NCBI GenBank assembly: GCA_021613535.1
Contig: CP075494.1
Coordinates: forward strand, 7,316,001 to 7,380,000
Reading direction: 5' to 3'
DNA: 64,000 nt
Source of the DNA: Adineta vaga
Lineage: Eukaryota > Animalia > Rotifera
Shown: positions 11,652-24,802 of the stretch, in pieces
Layout: every line of letters begins with the position of its first letter
Position numbering within the stretch: position 1 is the stretch's first letter
The notes under the pieces: model-generated
Database searches by the model: none
The model's input: only the letters and a program-made list of their open reading frames with translations
What the model was told of the DNA's origin: nothing
Program-made: the position numbers and the translations under genes

Positions 11652-14600
11652 AATAAAATAAAGATTGAAAAGCATACCAATCAAAATGATTCATATTAAA
11701 AGTACGAAAATCCAACGACGACTCATGATAGTGTGTATCCATATTGTCTAACGTCAGAAGAACTGATTACTATTGCAAAAAAAAGCGACATTATTCTGTT
11801 CTTTCTTTGAATCTCGTGTTTCTCAGAAAATAGTTTCCTTAACCAACGAAATGAATATAATTCTACTGTACAGATATATTATGGAAACTTTTTTTATCAT
11901 ATTCAAAGAAAAATATATACGATTCTATATATACATACGCTTTCGTTTTGAAAGCATACTTAAACAAAAAATCCATGAAGATTATATCATACTAAGCTTG
12001 AAGCGCTTGTTGCAAGACGATTCTTCATGGAATCAAAACCTCTTATCGTTTTGGTGCCAATGCACAATTACATATTTCTTTGCAAATTCTTGATACTATG
12101 GCATATTAAGTCTTTAATTAGTTCTTTCGTTATTTTTGCATCCATTATTAATATTATTATTTCTCTTCAAGATAATTCATACAGTACTACATTTCTGTCG
12201 TTTATTATTAATAACGATACAATAATTTTCTCTAATTCTCTATTAAATCACAGCTATTTTCTCGTATAATAAACATAGATAAAGATTAAATAATATTTCT
12301 GAATGGAACAGAAGTTCAAGGCAACATATTACACCAGAAGATTTCCGCTTGAAATGATATTATTGGGTACATTCTGTATCTTGAGCACATCAATTAATAG
12401 AGCTTTTCCGATGTTTTATTTACATCAATTTTCTAACAGAATCCGACGTCCACGGATAAAAATCTTCAGATGCAACGATTGAAATGAAAATTGTGCTCAT
12501 ACTTTCATCATTAGTTCGAAAGTTCGCGATAAATACATTTTCTCTAGAAATTAAACCGTATTATCAACTAAAGCATCTGCTCTTTTGCGTCTCTAAACAT
12601 ACGTATGCTTTATTTTTTATCTGATTTCATTTCAGATAAATCTTATAGATATCAGCACTTCCTACACTAATTGTTGACTAACATATGTAGACAAAAATAA
12701 CAAATAACTTTCTTTATATTTCTTTAGAAAAAGAAAGATTATTTTTGAATAAATATTTTTTTTCTAGGTAATCTTCACATGCGAACGGAGCGCGAATAGG
12801 AAATAGGTTAACAAGCAATAATTATAACTTCGGGTTTGGAAAAGAAAAATATCGATCACTTTTTTTGTTTTCTCTTCTCTTTGAAGTTAATCAATTTGTT
12901 GATAGATTCTTAACAGTATTTTTCTTTTTCTTTCGTACGAGAACTGCTCTAATTGTATATTTTTACAACACTCAACAGCTTATTCTTATATATCAATATA
13001 TCCCACCAATATTTCGATCAAATCTGTCACCATCACGACTACCTAATTATGATGTATTATATTCCTTCGGGAAATTAGCATACATACAGTTTTCTTTCTT
13101 TTTATAATGCCATACAAGTACAGTTAAGTGTTAATGACTTTTCTTTTGCATGCTTTTACACTAATAGTTTCAATATATTTATATCGAGTAATCAATATTT
13201 ATATGTTTCTGTCAAATGAAGTTTATTTAGGCTAAATAATAGCTCATTTTTAGCATGTAAGTTGAGGAAAACATACGAAACAAAAAACCCTCGTAATCCT
13301 ATAGAAGCTTTAATCTACAAGAGACTTTATTGCTACATAGATATGTTTTTCCTAACATAAAAATGTGCTAGAATATATTTATATAAGATTATGCGGTATT
13401 CAAAGAAATCCTAGGAAATAATCTCTAATTACAGTAGAGATTAATATCTCTTGAAACACTAAAAGCAATTAGAGATAGTATTTCGTTTGCAAGATTTTAT
13501 TATTTATAAACACCATGTGTTGATAGTCTGTCGACTAAATCATTTTGTCATTTTAAGAGTTCAGTATCATACTACTGTTTTGTTGAACTGAATGATCGTA
13601 CAAAGATGCCTTTCTATACCGAATATAAGCTTATTATAAACCATATGAATGTACTTCATCTTCTTTGTTCTGTGTACCATGTAAATATATTTTTCCCGTA
13701 TTTGGTAAACAACAGTTTCTATTAAATCAAATAAGATCAGAGTAAGTTCTATTGTGTTATATTTTATTATTGAGAATGAGATAGTCAATTTGTTTTAGAT
13801 TTGTCTTGAAAGTAATAAACATTCGTTCTATAATTTATTTATCAAGTGTAATATCTATTAGATTATTAGTTTTCTAAGGTATTTCAACACCCAATCAAAA
13901 ATGATATGATCGATCTTTTTCTTCTATTGATGATAAGTCAGTTTATATCTCATCAATCAATACATTAGAATGAGAAGTCCACAAGGGAACGTTTGATCAT
14001 TATTTTTCTAAGAATAAAACTCATCTGTTCTTTGATATATCGAGCGGGTCCAAATCTGCTTGTCGCACTGAAAGTTTAGTCTGACATCGTTCATTTTGTT
14101 TATTCATCATACAATGGCAACTATTGTTGTTTGTATATCAAATATTTGTCAGTTTTCATGAAATCTTTTTCTAAGAACCAATACAAATAATGTACATTTT
14201 GACCGTAGATCTATTGCATTTGTTACTTTATACAAGATCGACAGATGCAAAAAGGTGTGGACACATAAGTCGTTAATTATGAACCTGTCATCATGTCAGT
14301 AAGAAATAAGGTATTATCACCAAAAATAAATCGGAAGTTATTTTGCAGAAGGTAGTTTACTAAGAATGGCAGATGTTAGTTAAGTATATCTAATTCGAGA
14401 AAAGTATTTCTAGCACGTTCAACAAAGATAATCAGTTCGAACAGTCGAAAAATGAAGATACAAAAGAAGAACAACTAATAATAACTTGTTATTTCGGTTT
14501 GTTTTTTTATTATACGTATTTCTAATCAAAATCTGTGATTTATTCCATTTCATCTATAAGATATGTGTGATAATAAATTCAGATGATGAAGAAGAAGAAG

Positions 14601-16928
14601 AAGAAGAAAAGGAAAATGTTAATTAGAGGAAGTCGGTGAACGGAAATAACAAAAGGAAAAGTTATGTCATGACGTTTCATTGTTTGATTTCTTATGAGTT
14701 TTAAGCAAGATATTTTCTCCATTTTTCTCAATCATTTTAATCAAAAGAGATTTTCAAACACAAACACAAACATGAATTTTATTTTTCTAAACGATGTAAG
14801 TATTATATTGTTTTTCTCTTTACAAATGTCAATCATTGATGAAATCGAATTGGATATTGATTGGTAAATGATGTTGATACAGATGAGTGATATTATTATC
14901 TTACTCTTTTAAACTTACATAGTCACGCCGAATAAAGACATCATATGCCTTTTATTAGCAGCTGTTGTTGTTATTATTTTTATTTAGAGGGTGATCGATG
15001 CTAATCTGTTTGTTCTCTCTTATATTACAAACATATTGACACAAAAAACATGAAAGAACAGACATACATATCGTAAAATCATTTTCAGTTATAATTTCTA
15101 GACAGAATGTTTCGAAGAATATAAATTATCAGAATTTGTATGTTTAGTTCGAGAATAATCTTGAAGAATTGCGTTTTATTTTTAAGAAAAAAAATGCAAA
15201 TTATCTTGGTTTTTTTCTATCCGGTTTAAAGAAAAACATTTTTCTTTAATTAAGTATTATATTGAGAAAACAGATATAAATATATATATTAAGATTATTT
15301 AATCGTAATGACCCATTAATAAGATATAGAGTTAGTTTCTGTTATGTTAGTATTATAATTAGTAGAGCTTCTTTGATTTTGATTTGTTTTTCTTTTTATT
15401 CTATTGAAGAACTTTACATGGTAGATTTAATAAAATAGGCAAGAAAGAGAGAAAGAGAGAGAGCAGAACTAAAAATCGTAGCACAGAGCAAATAGAAGCT
15501 GCAGACATCACTTGAACGTGCAATCGCTATTTTTCTTTTTCTCCCTTTATCATAAATGTGACTTTCCGTCTGTCGAGAGTCGTCTTTATTATTTGTTGTT
15601 ATCATCGACAACAACATTTGACTGATTAGAAGATAGACATCTTTTTCCTTTATATTACTTAGAAACAAAAAGAATCTCACAATTGTCTCCATTGAATTCT
15701 CTTAAGTAAGTTAATGATATAGTTTTTCTTCAATCAATGTTTGTAACCATCTATCTATATAAGAAAGATGATCTAAAACCGAAGACTTTCATATACATAC
15801 ATGATTAAGAATGTCAGTACATACGGAAATCGATCAATATCAATTTTTTCTCTTATTTCGAAGTCAAATATATGCATATGCGTGACTTGGTCTCTGAAGA
15901 ATTCATTTACTTAAAATAAGGAGTAGACTTTGTTTAATTATATTCAGTGCCTTGTACGATCTCGTCCTATATGGATGACAAAAAGAAAAAAGAAGGATGA
16001 TTTCATTGTGACTGATAATATTTGCTTAAGAGAAAGATTACAAATGTCTTTCGTCAATTACCGAGATGCTTAAGATTAGATCATCATCTTTCTTTCTTTT
16101 TTTCTTCTCTTATTCCATCAATAAATAATCATCTCTGACGGCGATTAAAATATAATAACATGAGTATGAAGTACAGACGAAATGTTATTTTCATTGCCTT
16201 TCTAGATGATAAATATTGACATCGTAATATTAAATAGAAATAGTTATTTTGTCGTAATATACAGAGGAAATGAAATTATTCGATGTGTACTCTATTAAAC
16301 GTTATGCATGATGTTCGAAACTACTGTAGTTATTGTATTCTATATTTGTATGTTAATTTTACACGTACGAAGAAGAAAGGAAGACTTTAGTTCTTATCAA
16401 TAATGAGTAGAAGAAAAAAACTCTTTCCAATCGGATTATGATCGATTAGTACAATAAGTAGACGAGAAAAAACCCGATTAAAATGTAGTTATGTTCTCAT
16501 ACATCAACGAGAAATCAAGTATTTTCATTCAAAGAATTTATTTATTCTATCAGTTTATTTGATAACATGTATATTCACAGGTTTGCGAAGAGAGGGTGTG
16601 AGTAAGATTATATATTACACTTGAGGAAATCTTCAAAAGAAAGGATTTCACTTCAATTGCCTTTTCATTGAGAGCATATCCGTTGACGAAGCACATATCT
16701 GATATGAAACATCATTAATGACGGATTTCTTCTTGAATTGATTGAATCAAAAGGAAATTATGAATATTTTCTTATTAACTCCTACATATTCTACGTAAGT
16801 ATAACAGATCATTACAGTTCTTAATTGTAGAAAAAGAAAGATAAATGGGAACATTGAATAAGAAAAAATAGACTTTATTATTGTTTTTATTCTAGATTTA
16901 TATGATGATCCTTTAGATTATCATAGCT

Positions 16929-18406
16929 ATGGCTAACTTTCTTAACAATACCGTCATTTCAAATAATAACAGTAGTATTAGTAGTAATGAAAAGAATATC
17001 ATCGTTACTATATGTATACATTTGGTAATGCCATGTGCAGTTGCTGTTGGAATTATTGGAAATCTTTTATCTATATTGGTCTTTGCTCGTCGTGAAATGA
17101 TTAAATTTTGTGTATCTATATTTACTATTGTACTTGCACTAAGTGATATTCTTCTGTTAATAACTTCGTTATTCAACATTATCTTACCCGAATATTCCAA
17201 TAGTTTGTCAGATACATCTGCATTTTGGTGGTATGTAACGATTATTACAGATAATTGTTTTTAGTCAGATATTTTGAAAATTTTCGATTGAATTTTTCTT
17301 TTGATCAGTGCAGGCCAAAGAAGACGAATCGTTGACATATTATTTAGAAAGATTATAACGAATTTTTATTTTTAGTCATTTTCATGGTTATTTCGATCTT
17401 CTATTCGCTGCAATCAGCGGTTATTCCGTTGTCTTTATCTCCGTTGAACGATGGTTTTCTGTTTGGAAACCATTCGATAAAGCTAAATATGTTACTTTTA
17501 AAAGTACTTTAATAACGGTTATCAGTTATACATTAATTTCCAGTTTGTTTTTTGCATGGTTTCCATTAATATTAAGTTATAATCCTAAGCAACCACAAAT
17601 TGGAGAAAGATGTAAATTAATACAAGCTACAGTTTATAGAATTTTTGGAACAATATCAGTTATATTCACTTATATCGGTATAAAAGAAAGAGTCATTTTG
17701 ACAAAAATAGCAATTTCCTTTTTTTATTTCGTTTTAGCTCCATTCATTTTTCTTGGAATATTGAATATTCTAATTGTTTATCGTTTACATACACGGCAAC
17801 AAACATCAATTCAACATTCATTAAAAGTTACAAAAACTGCTAATCGAACGGATTCATCCTTAGCGACTACATCAATACGTAAACGTCAACAACGGCAACG
17901 AAATACTGATCGAAATATTACTTTCATGTTGATTACAATAGCTATCGCTTTTATGGTTATGTCCTTTCCATTCCAGTAAGAGTTTGCCTTTTCTCATTAT
18001 ATAAATTTTTCATCAGTCATCTATTCTCAATAGGATCTATTGGTTTTATATGCAAATTCGTCAATTAACAACGCCTGATCCTACTCTCTTTACATTAACA
18101 CAAACGTTTCGATATTTAAATTGTTGTTGTAACGTTTTTCTCTACTCAGCAACTTCATCTTTATTTCGACGAGAATTACGCGAAATTTTTCATTGTTCAA
18201 ATTCATCGAAAACAAAACAAAACACATTAAAAACAAAGAATACGGCTCGAACGATAATCTTATCAACAACAACAGCAGCAGCACAATCAATTAACAATGA
18301 ACAAAGTCCACCTGAATACAAAAGTCTTTTAAAAACAACAACAACAATAGATAATTTAAAAACTAAAGATTCAACTAATGGACATACAGTCTCATTTAAA
18401 TCCTAG
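16929..18406 (+). CDS. Rhodopsin-like (class A) GPCR, probable neuropeptide receptor, 4 coding exons
   Basis: TM1 GIIGNLLS, TM2 LALSD, TM3 C..ISVERW, TM6 MSFP, TM7 NCCCNVFLY, helix 8 FRRELREIF; introns at ~17231-17375, 17678-17737 and 17976-18033. Confidence 0.9.
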
Positions 18407-21059
18407 TTCTACCGATGTTTTCAATACATCATCTATGTTCAAAAAAGAATCTGTCAATATTTTATCTTGAGTACATCAGAAACGAAAACCTAATAAAATA
18501 TATTCATTTATAATAGATGAGACGAACTGATTTGTTTAAGCAAGAAAAACTCATTTCCTATTCTAGATTATACATAGTCTGGTTTCGATGTATGACGTTA
18601 GAAAACAAAATTATTTCTTCATTCGTCAAAACATATTTGCTCAATTGTCAATCAAGTGAAGGTTTTTGTCAAAGAGGCATGATTGTCTAATAGAATAAAG
18701 ATAGCGTGTTGTTTTAGAATTCTTCTTGATCTTAATAAAGAAGAAGAAGAAGTCATTGACGTATCAAAATACTCAGAATGAATAGAGCAAATGCCTTGAT
18801 TATAATTTATTCTTTATATAGTTATTCACTATAAAAGTTCAAAAGTGTGTGTTCTATTTTGAGAGAATTACCATCAGAATTCAAATTTCCATGACATAAT
18901 TCGAGATCCATCTCCTATTCATATGTCAAATTTCGCACTTGACGACAGAGGTTATCCAATATAACATTAGAACTTATTTACTTCTAACAATGTAATGATA
19001 AAGAAATTGATTTTGAAATCAATTCGCTTTTTAAGGATGAGATTCGAATGTTTTTTGTAAAGATAGATCATGAAAAAAATGTCACTGTTTCATATAAAAA
19101 CCAGTAAGATAAAATGTTAGTAGAGTACTTTAATTCATTTTCATTTCATGGTACTTGTCTTTAGTGTTGAAATGAAAACATATTACTACTTTGAAAGTAC
19201 TTTGATGGCAGCACTATGTATCAGTGAATGATTAGGAAGAATTGAATCGATATACTTTAAACAGATTTATAAATAAAACTAGTTTGCTTCTTTTTTTCGA
19301 ATAATCATTTATGACAACTGACGAGATTGGTTATGATATTAAAGAATAATGAATATAAGATCATTAAACTATCGCATAATAGTACTTCAAGAATGAAACG
19401 GTTTAATGAATGCATTTATTAGTTAAATCACTCGTTACTATATGTGAATTAATTCGAGAAAAATATCATGTATTGCAATCGGAATCCTTTTTCTTTGTAA
19501 TAAATATATAGTGGAACAAAGAATACACTTCAGTATTGATTTTCTGTCTTCCTGCTGCTACACACATGCTCTTGTTCCTCCCATTCATGTGTGACAGATG
19601 AATAAGCGATTACATGATAAAACTTTTTTCTTTTGATTAATCGCATACTTGTAATAGATGAAACGTCCAGCATCTGCTAATTATACAAGGTTAATTGCAT
19701 ACACATCATTGGAATTTGATGTTCAACTATGATGAACAAGTGCATTCATCCAATCAATAACATTTCGCATATTCTAGTCTAGTCTCGTAAACACATTGTA
19801 TGCTAAATGAAAAAATTATAGATAATAGTTCAATTTATAAATCTTAGGTATTGATTAATAGTTTGTTTTAAATGCAAGGAAACATATGTTTTTTTCAAAG
19901 CTTGATTTCTCGTTCTTAAAGTGTATTTTTTTTTACCCTACTTATGATACTGAATTGTATTGCTTTTTAAAATGGCTGGAGCTGGAGTTAAAGTTTTATC
20001 GAAAAGTAGCCGTCTAACTAATTAATCTTTTAGTTTAAATCGAAACTATTCTCCATTGGTTCTCCTTTTTGCGCTCACTGTCAGTAGCAGATTTAGTATC
20101 ACTTCATTCAAAATATTGGTAGTTTGAATTTGGAGCAACTGCCAAAGAAGAGGAAGAAAAAGTATCGTTCGGAAATACAATGTAAATGCAACCATTTTCT
20201 CTTTGCTGATAAGTATTTTGCAACTACTATAACTTGAATTTTGATAGACAAGTTATCATAGTAACGCTGAAGGAAAATATTTATATGATACATCAGATAA
20301 TCAGAACGAGACTTTCTGTATAAATCAGAAAAAAATCAGGACACTTGTGCTATAGGCTAACTTGAATCATCTTTTTTCATTTATTTCTCATCATTAAATC
20401 ATTCGTCTTCAAAGATTCTTCTCGCTGCATTCACATTCTTACAACTTGAGATGTGCCTAGATCTGACCCCTTATGACAGGAACGAAAAAAATAAAATGAA
20501 GAGACTGCTGTTAAATTTCGTATATAAACAAATTTAACTATATGATCATTTTTCTTATCGCGTACAGATCAAATCGACTGTCTATTTACAGAAGAAGCAA
20601 GGTAAATATGATTTGTATCTCAAATTATTATAATTTGATCGTGATATATAGATGTTACGTTAATTTATCAAAAGTTACATATTTTTAAAAAATAGAATTT
20701 ATCTCGTTAATAAGACTTTTGAGTATCTACCCTAGACCATTTTTCAAAAAGATCAAGTGAGTTATTTTCGAAAAGATAGTTCTGTTCTATAGAAAACGTC
20801 GTTTTCCTGAGAATTCGTGCCGTGGGATCTAAAAATCTTGTTAATGAAAATTTTCATAATTGCAAAGTTTACAAATGTTTTGGATAACCAACAGCGATTA
20901 AGAGAAGACGAGAAGAACGATGAATCACGTGCCGTAAAATCGAAGAAACTAAATAAATAACGCTTGTCCAAACACTCTTTCAACTCTATCTCGTCATAAT
21001 CGTCTATCAAAACTATTGTCAGACTATTCACTTATAGAATTGGAAAAAACTGATGTTTT

Positions 21060-21812
21060 ACTGAAGTTCCTTGACTCCGATTCTATTTGTTTCAAATGTA
21101 AAATCATATCAATAAATTAATTGTTGTTTGCCATTTTCATTTTATGTTGATCAGATGCCATTCATCCATTATAAAATCCACCCATACGATGCCATTATCT
21201 GATGTTTCTGCAATGACATCTGAAGAAATTATCAATGAAAACCAAGTACGAAAAAACAATCTTCGCCAAGCTTAAGAATTAGCTGAAATCATCATATTGG
21301 GTGCCATATGTGGCTGAACGGATGCCTTTGGTGCCGAAAGAACAACGATTATTGATTCGTCAACATCTGGGTGACTTTACACTGTTTCTCAGTAGTAAAC
21401 CGTTGGAACTTCAGGGGTGAATTTTTAAATGCGTATATCTGACCTACAGTGGATCCTCCGTTTGACAAGAATCAGCTTTTGTATTGTTCCGCAATCAATA
21501 GTACACAAGCAGAAGATGTGCCGACAAGAAGAATATTTGCACAAGGCAATATTTTTGAGAGAATGATATTTGGCGAAGCTCCTGGTCGACTGAATTCATA
21601 TGATTTATAGTAGCGCTGGCCAAAATTTCAACAGTTCTGGTTTGGTTATCAAACATCAACAGATATATCGTTATTTTTTTAAATCATATGATCTGACGAT
21701 TATATGTAACATCATCAATAGAGAAAAAAGACGTGCTCTGAATCGTATTCATGGTAAACGACAACATTTTATTAACTTTGTTGAAATATTTAGAGCACGA
21801 CCAAATAATTAG
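21060..21812 (+). pseudogene. Decayed coding-like segment of unknown family
   Basis: Higher GC and protein-like fragments (SSYWVPYVAERMPLVPKEQRLLIRQHLGDF; VDPPFDKNQLLYCSAIN...IFERMIFGEAPGRLNSYDL**RWPKFQQFWFGY) broken by stops and frameshifts. Confidence 0.4.
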
Positions 21813-22779
21813 TATATGGTCAATAAGAAAAATAAAACAATGTTTTTTTTCATTTTCTTACATGAAAAGTTTTGTTGTTTAAAGTATTATATTTTACTAA
21901 TTTAAAATATAAATATATATATATATACATTAAGCTTTTTCAAGCAACTGAAATAACACGTATCATTATAATGTTCCATAATTATTCATAAACTTGCTTC
22001 TGTCAATCTTTGTCTGACTCCTTATCATATATTAAAGAATAGAAAATTAATATAGAACGACCAATACTGTTTCACAAAAATACTATTCTTTCTCATTTTC
22101 TTCGGGATCAATCAATATCCCATCATCACTTCAATATTGTCACTTTCGAAAGAAAAAAACTGAAGTTAAACCACATTCTTAGCCAATTGATATTGATGCG
22201 TGAAATTGGTAAACAGACTAAAGTATAGTTGTATCATCCAATATCGTAATACTTGAAATAAAATCATGTATCATCTATAACGAAACATTGGAATATCAAA
22301 AGAATATTTCTATCAAACTTTAAGAACCTTCTGTCTTGATTAAAAATATACTTATTGAGAAATAAATCAAAATTATCTTCCTTGTAAGTACTTACATCAG
22401 CACCATCTAATTTACAGGATGAAAATACGATGATTTGCATCAAAGATATGTTTCTCTCGCTTTCGTTTAAGATATTACATTGATAAGGAACTAAAGGACA
22501 GGAATTATAGCAAATGAAAATATGAATTTATAAAGCGCTCATTCGTCACAACAGCAAACAACATTTCAATAGTGTATTATTCTGTCTGATAATGTTGGAT
22601 TTTCTCAGTATTCGTGTACCTAATTGTTTCTACCACCGCTGGATTCAAGTGCATGTAACAGCTGAACGTGTTCTTAAGGCTAATCCAGCTATTCTCAACT
22701 AATGGATTCATCTCCGACGTGATAAGTTTTATCGTCGATTTCTGCGTTCAAAACATAACCAAATTGCCAATGGTGGTTA

Positions 22780-22966
22780 CCCAGGTCCAACAAAACGGCG
22801 TCGTAAACTGTCTTAAACGGTAGAAAAACGGTAAAAACGGCAGTCGTAATCCAGAATAACGGATCACCATGAAATAAGGTGAAAATTAAGGCAGTAAATT
22901 GCCGTTTTCTAACCGTTTCTGGCCGTTTGAGGCGCCGTTTCCGACCTTCGGAATGATTGACCTGGG
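22780..22966. mobile_element. Non-autonomous DNA transposon (MITE), 187 bp, CCCAGGTC...GACCTGGG termini, TA target duplication
   Basis: Perfect 8-bp terminal inverted repeats flanked by TA at 22778-79 and 22967-68; subterminal AAACGG repeats on the left mirrored by CCGTTT on the right. Confidence 0.85.
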
Positions 22967-23288
22967 TATATAAACTACTTAAGAAGTTCCGACGATGTAT
23001 TCGCAGAAAATATTCATCAAATTTATCAATTTATTCGTACTTCGATTCATATTATCACTGAGAATGATAATGGTTCTTCATCATACTATGCTCACACAAA
23101 ACAAATTAAAAATAATAAAGCAACAACAATAATTTCCCTTAGCGATCGTCTTTTTCAATCAGATGGTGATGCAGTAAGTATCATATGTTGTTCTTTTTTT
23201 TTGAGATAGTAGCTCGATTTATCCAATAAAGGGCAAACGTCTTGCAAAAGAAATAGGTATTGGTCTCACCATTATGATTTATTTTTAG

Positions 23289-23900
23289 TTCCCTTTTCTA
23301 GAAGAAAGGGTTATAGGCTCGTTAAATAGGAGTTGAATACTTCATCATTTATCAAGGAATTTATCATCGATATATTAATCAATGTATTTGTGCACCAGGA
23401 TTTTATGGAAATAAATGTGAAAATAGTTGTCCAGCGGGTTATCACGGACAAATATGCGATTTTAAATGTGCTGGTGATAGTTATTATTCTAAAGGTTTAT
23501 TAATTTGTTCATCAGATCCATATGGTTGTTCATGTTATTCTGGTTGATATGGAAGTAATTGAAATTTAAGTAAGATTTGATTTTCGTTTTTTTTCTATGC
23601 AAAAGAAAATGAAAAGTTTATTCAAAGGATGTCCATCTGATCGCTATATGGACCTGATTGTTCATGTAAACGTAATTGTCCCTCATGTAATCGTTTTACT
23701 GGTATTTGTGATTGTTTTGGAACTGAATGTTATCAAGGTAAAATGAATTTCTTTTTAGAGAATTGTAAAATAAGATTTCTTTTCATTAAGGTCCATATAC
23801 TCGAATTGAAGTTGAATCTCGTTGTACATCATCATCAAATTTAGGCGTATTAATTGCAGTACTAATTGTTGGTTTCATCATTTTAATTTCAATTAAATGA
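23289..23900 (+). pseudogene. Pseudogene of a Tie-receptor-type EGF-repeat transmembrane protein
   Basis: CICAPGFYGNKCENSCPAGYHGQICDFKC...LICSSDPYGCSCYSG*YGSN* (DPYGCSC is a Tie1/Tie2 EGF hallmark); next exon GPDCSCKRNCPSCNRFTGICDC with a frameshift, then a TM-like LGVLIAVLIVGFIILISI; stops at 23545-47 and 23560-62. Confidence 0.75.
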
Positions 23901-23999
23901 AAATAACTCAATTTCTTTTTTATTCAGATGAACGTTATTTATTATTGGAAAATAATGTCATTTACAAAAAATTAAACAGAAAAAACAAAACCAAAATAT

Positions 24000-24692
24000 T
24001 TATTTTCGTCGTTGACGATTCTTGTCCGCTGCAACAAGGTTGAGATGAGCTTTTGCGAGCTCATCATCTTTCATATCCAATTTTTTTAATTGTTCTTTAC
24101 TGTCAAGGTGAACCATTATATCACGGAGTTGCTCGTTGATATCTTTTATTTCCTATCAAATTAATAAAGATAAAAAAATCAAAATCAAATTTTCTCAGAA
24201 AAAAACAATTACTTTATTTTTCTTCGTAATTTCAAGTTGAAGGTGTTTATAATTCTCTCTCATACCCTCATTAATAATCTTTTCTTCTTGATACCTTGCT
24301 TCAAGTAGGCTTATCTTCTCTTGCAGCTTTTTGTTGTGCATCTTTTCCATCTTATTTTGTTTACTTAAATCACTGATAATTTGTTCATTTTCCTGCTCTT
24401 TTTTCTTAAAATTTTCTCGTAAATCAATTATAATCGGTTCACTTACTCCATTCTTCGTGACTTCTTCGTCAATTTCATCAACAGTTGAATGTTCAACAGG
24501 TTCCGTTATATTTATACGTAAACTCATGTCGTCCAAATTGTGTTTCAAATCCAACGAATTTTCCATTAAATTTGCGAGCTGAAATTACATCACGTTGAAA
24601 ATCAGTTTCATTATATTATCTACATACCTGAAGATTCGCTTTTTCGATATATTGCAGTGCTTGATTAGCATTAGTTCTTCGAGATGTGGTAA
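24000..24692 (-). pseudogene. 5'-truncated coiled-coil gene; C-terminus resembles the BRAP/BRAP2 tail
   Basis: Three spliceable exons (24692-24628, 24578-24213, 24152-24000) ending EIKDINEQLRDIMVHLDSKEQLKKL...RQRRK*; the upstream frame runs directly into a transposon end at 24693. Confidence 0.5.
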
Positions 24693-24802
24693 CCCAGGTC
24701 GATCAATCCGATACTCGGATCCGATCGGATCCCATGGCGGATTCTATCGGAAACCGATGATCCGACAATATCCTATCGGATTCCTGGTGACGGAATCCAA
24801 TA
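24693..24802. mobile_element. One-ended MITE fragment with CCCAGGTC terminus and ATCCGAT/ATCGGAT subterminal repeats
   Basis: Same 8-bp terminus as the 22780 element, followed by GC-rich palindromic repeats; no matching right end found. Confidence 0.65.

Noticed and set aside
11773-15692. Several 70-106 aa ORFs in the ORF track
   Set aside because: F/I/L-rich translations typical of AT-rich non-coding DNA, with no splice structure or motifs.
23545-23562. Two in-frame TGA codons at Trp and Cys positions, suggesting recoding or selenocysteine
   Set aside because: The same segment also has lost cysteines and a frameshift, and intact genes here (SMG8, CHPF, SLC17) end in TGA; ordinary decay explains it.
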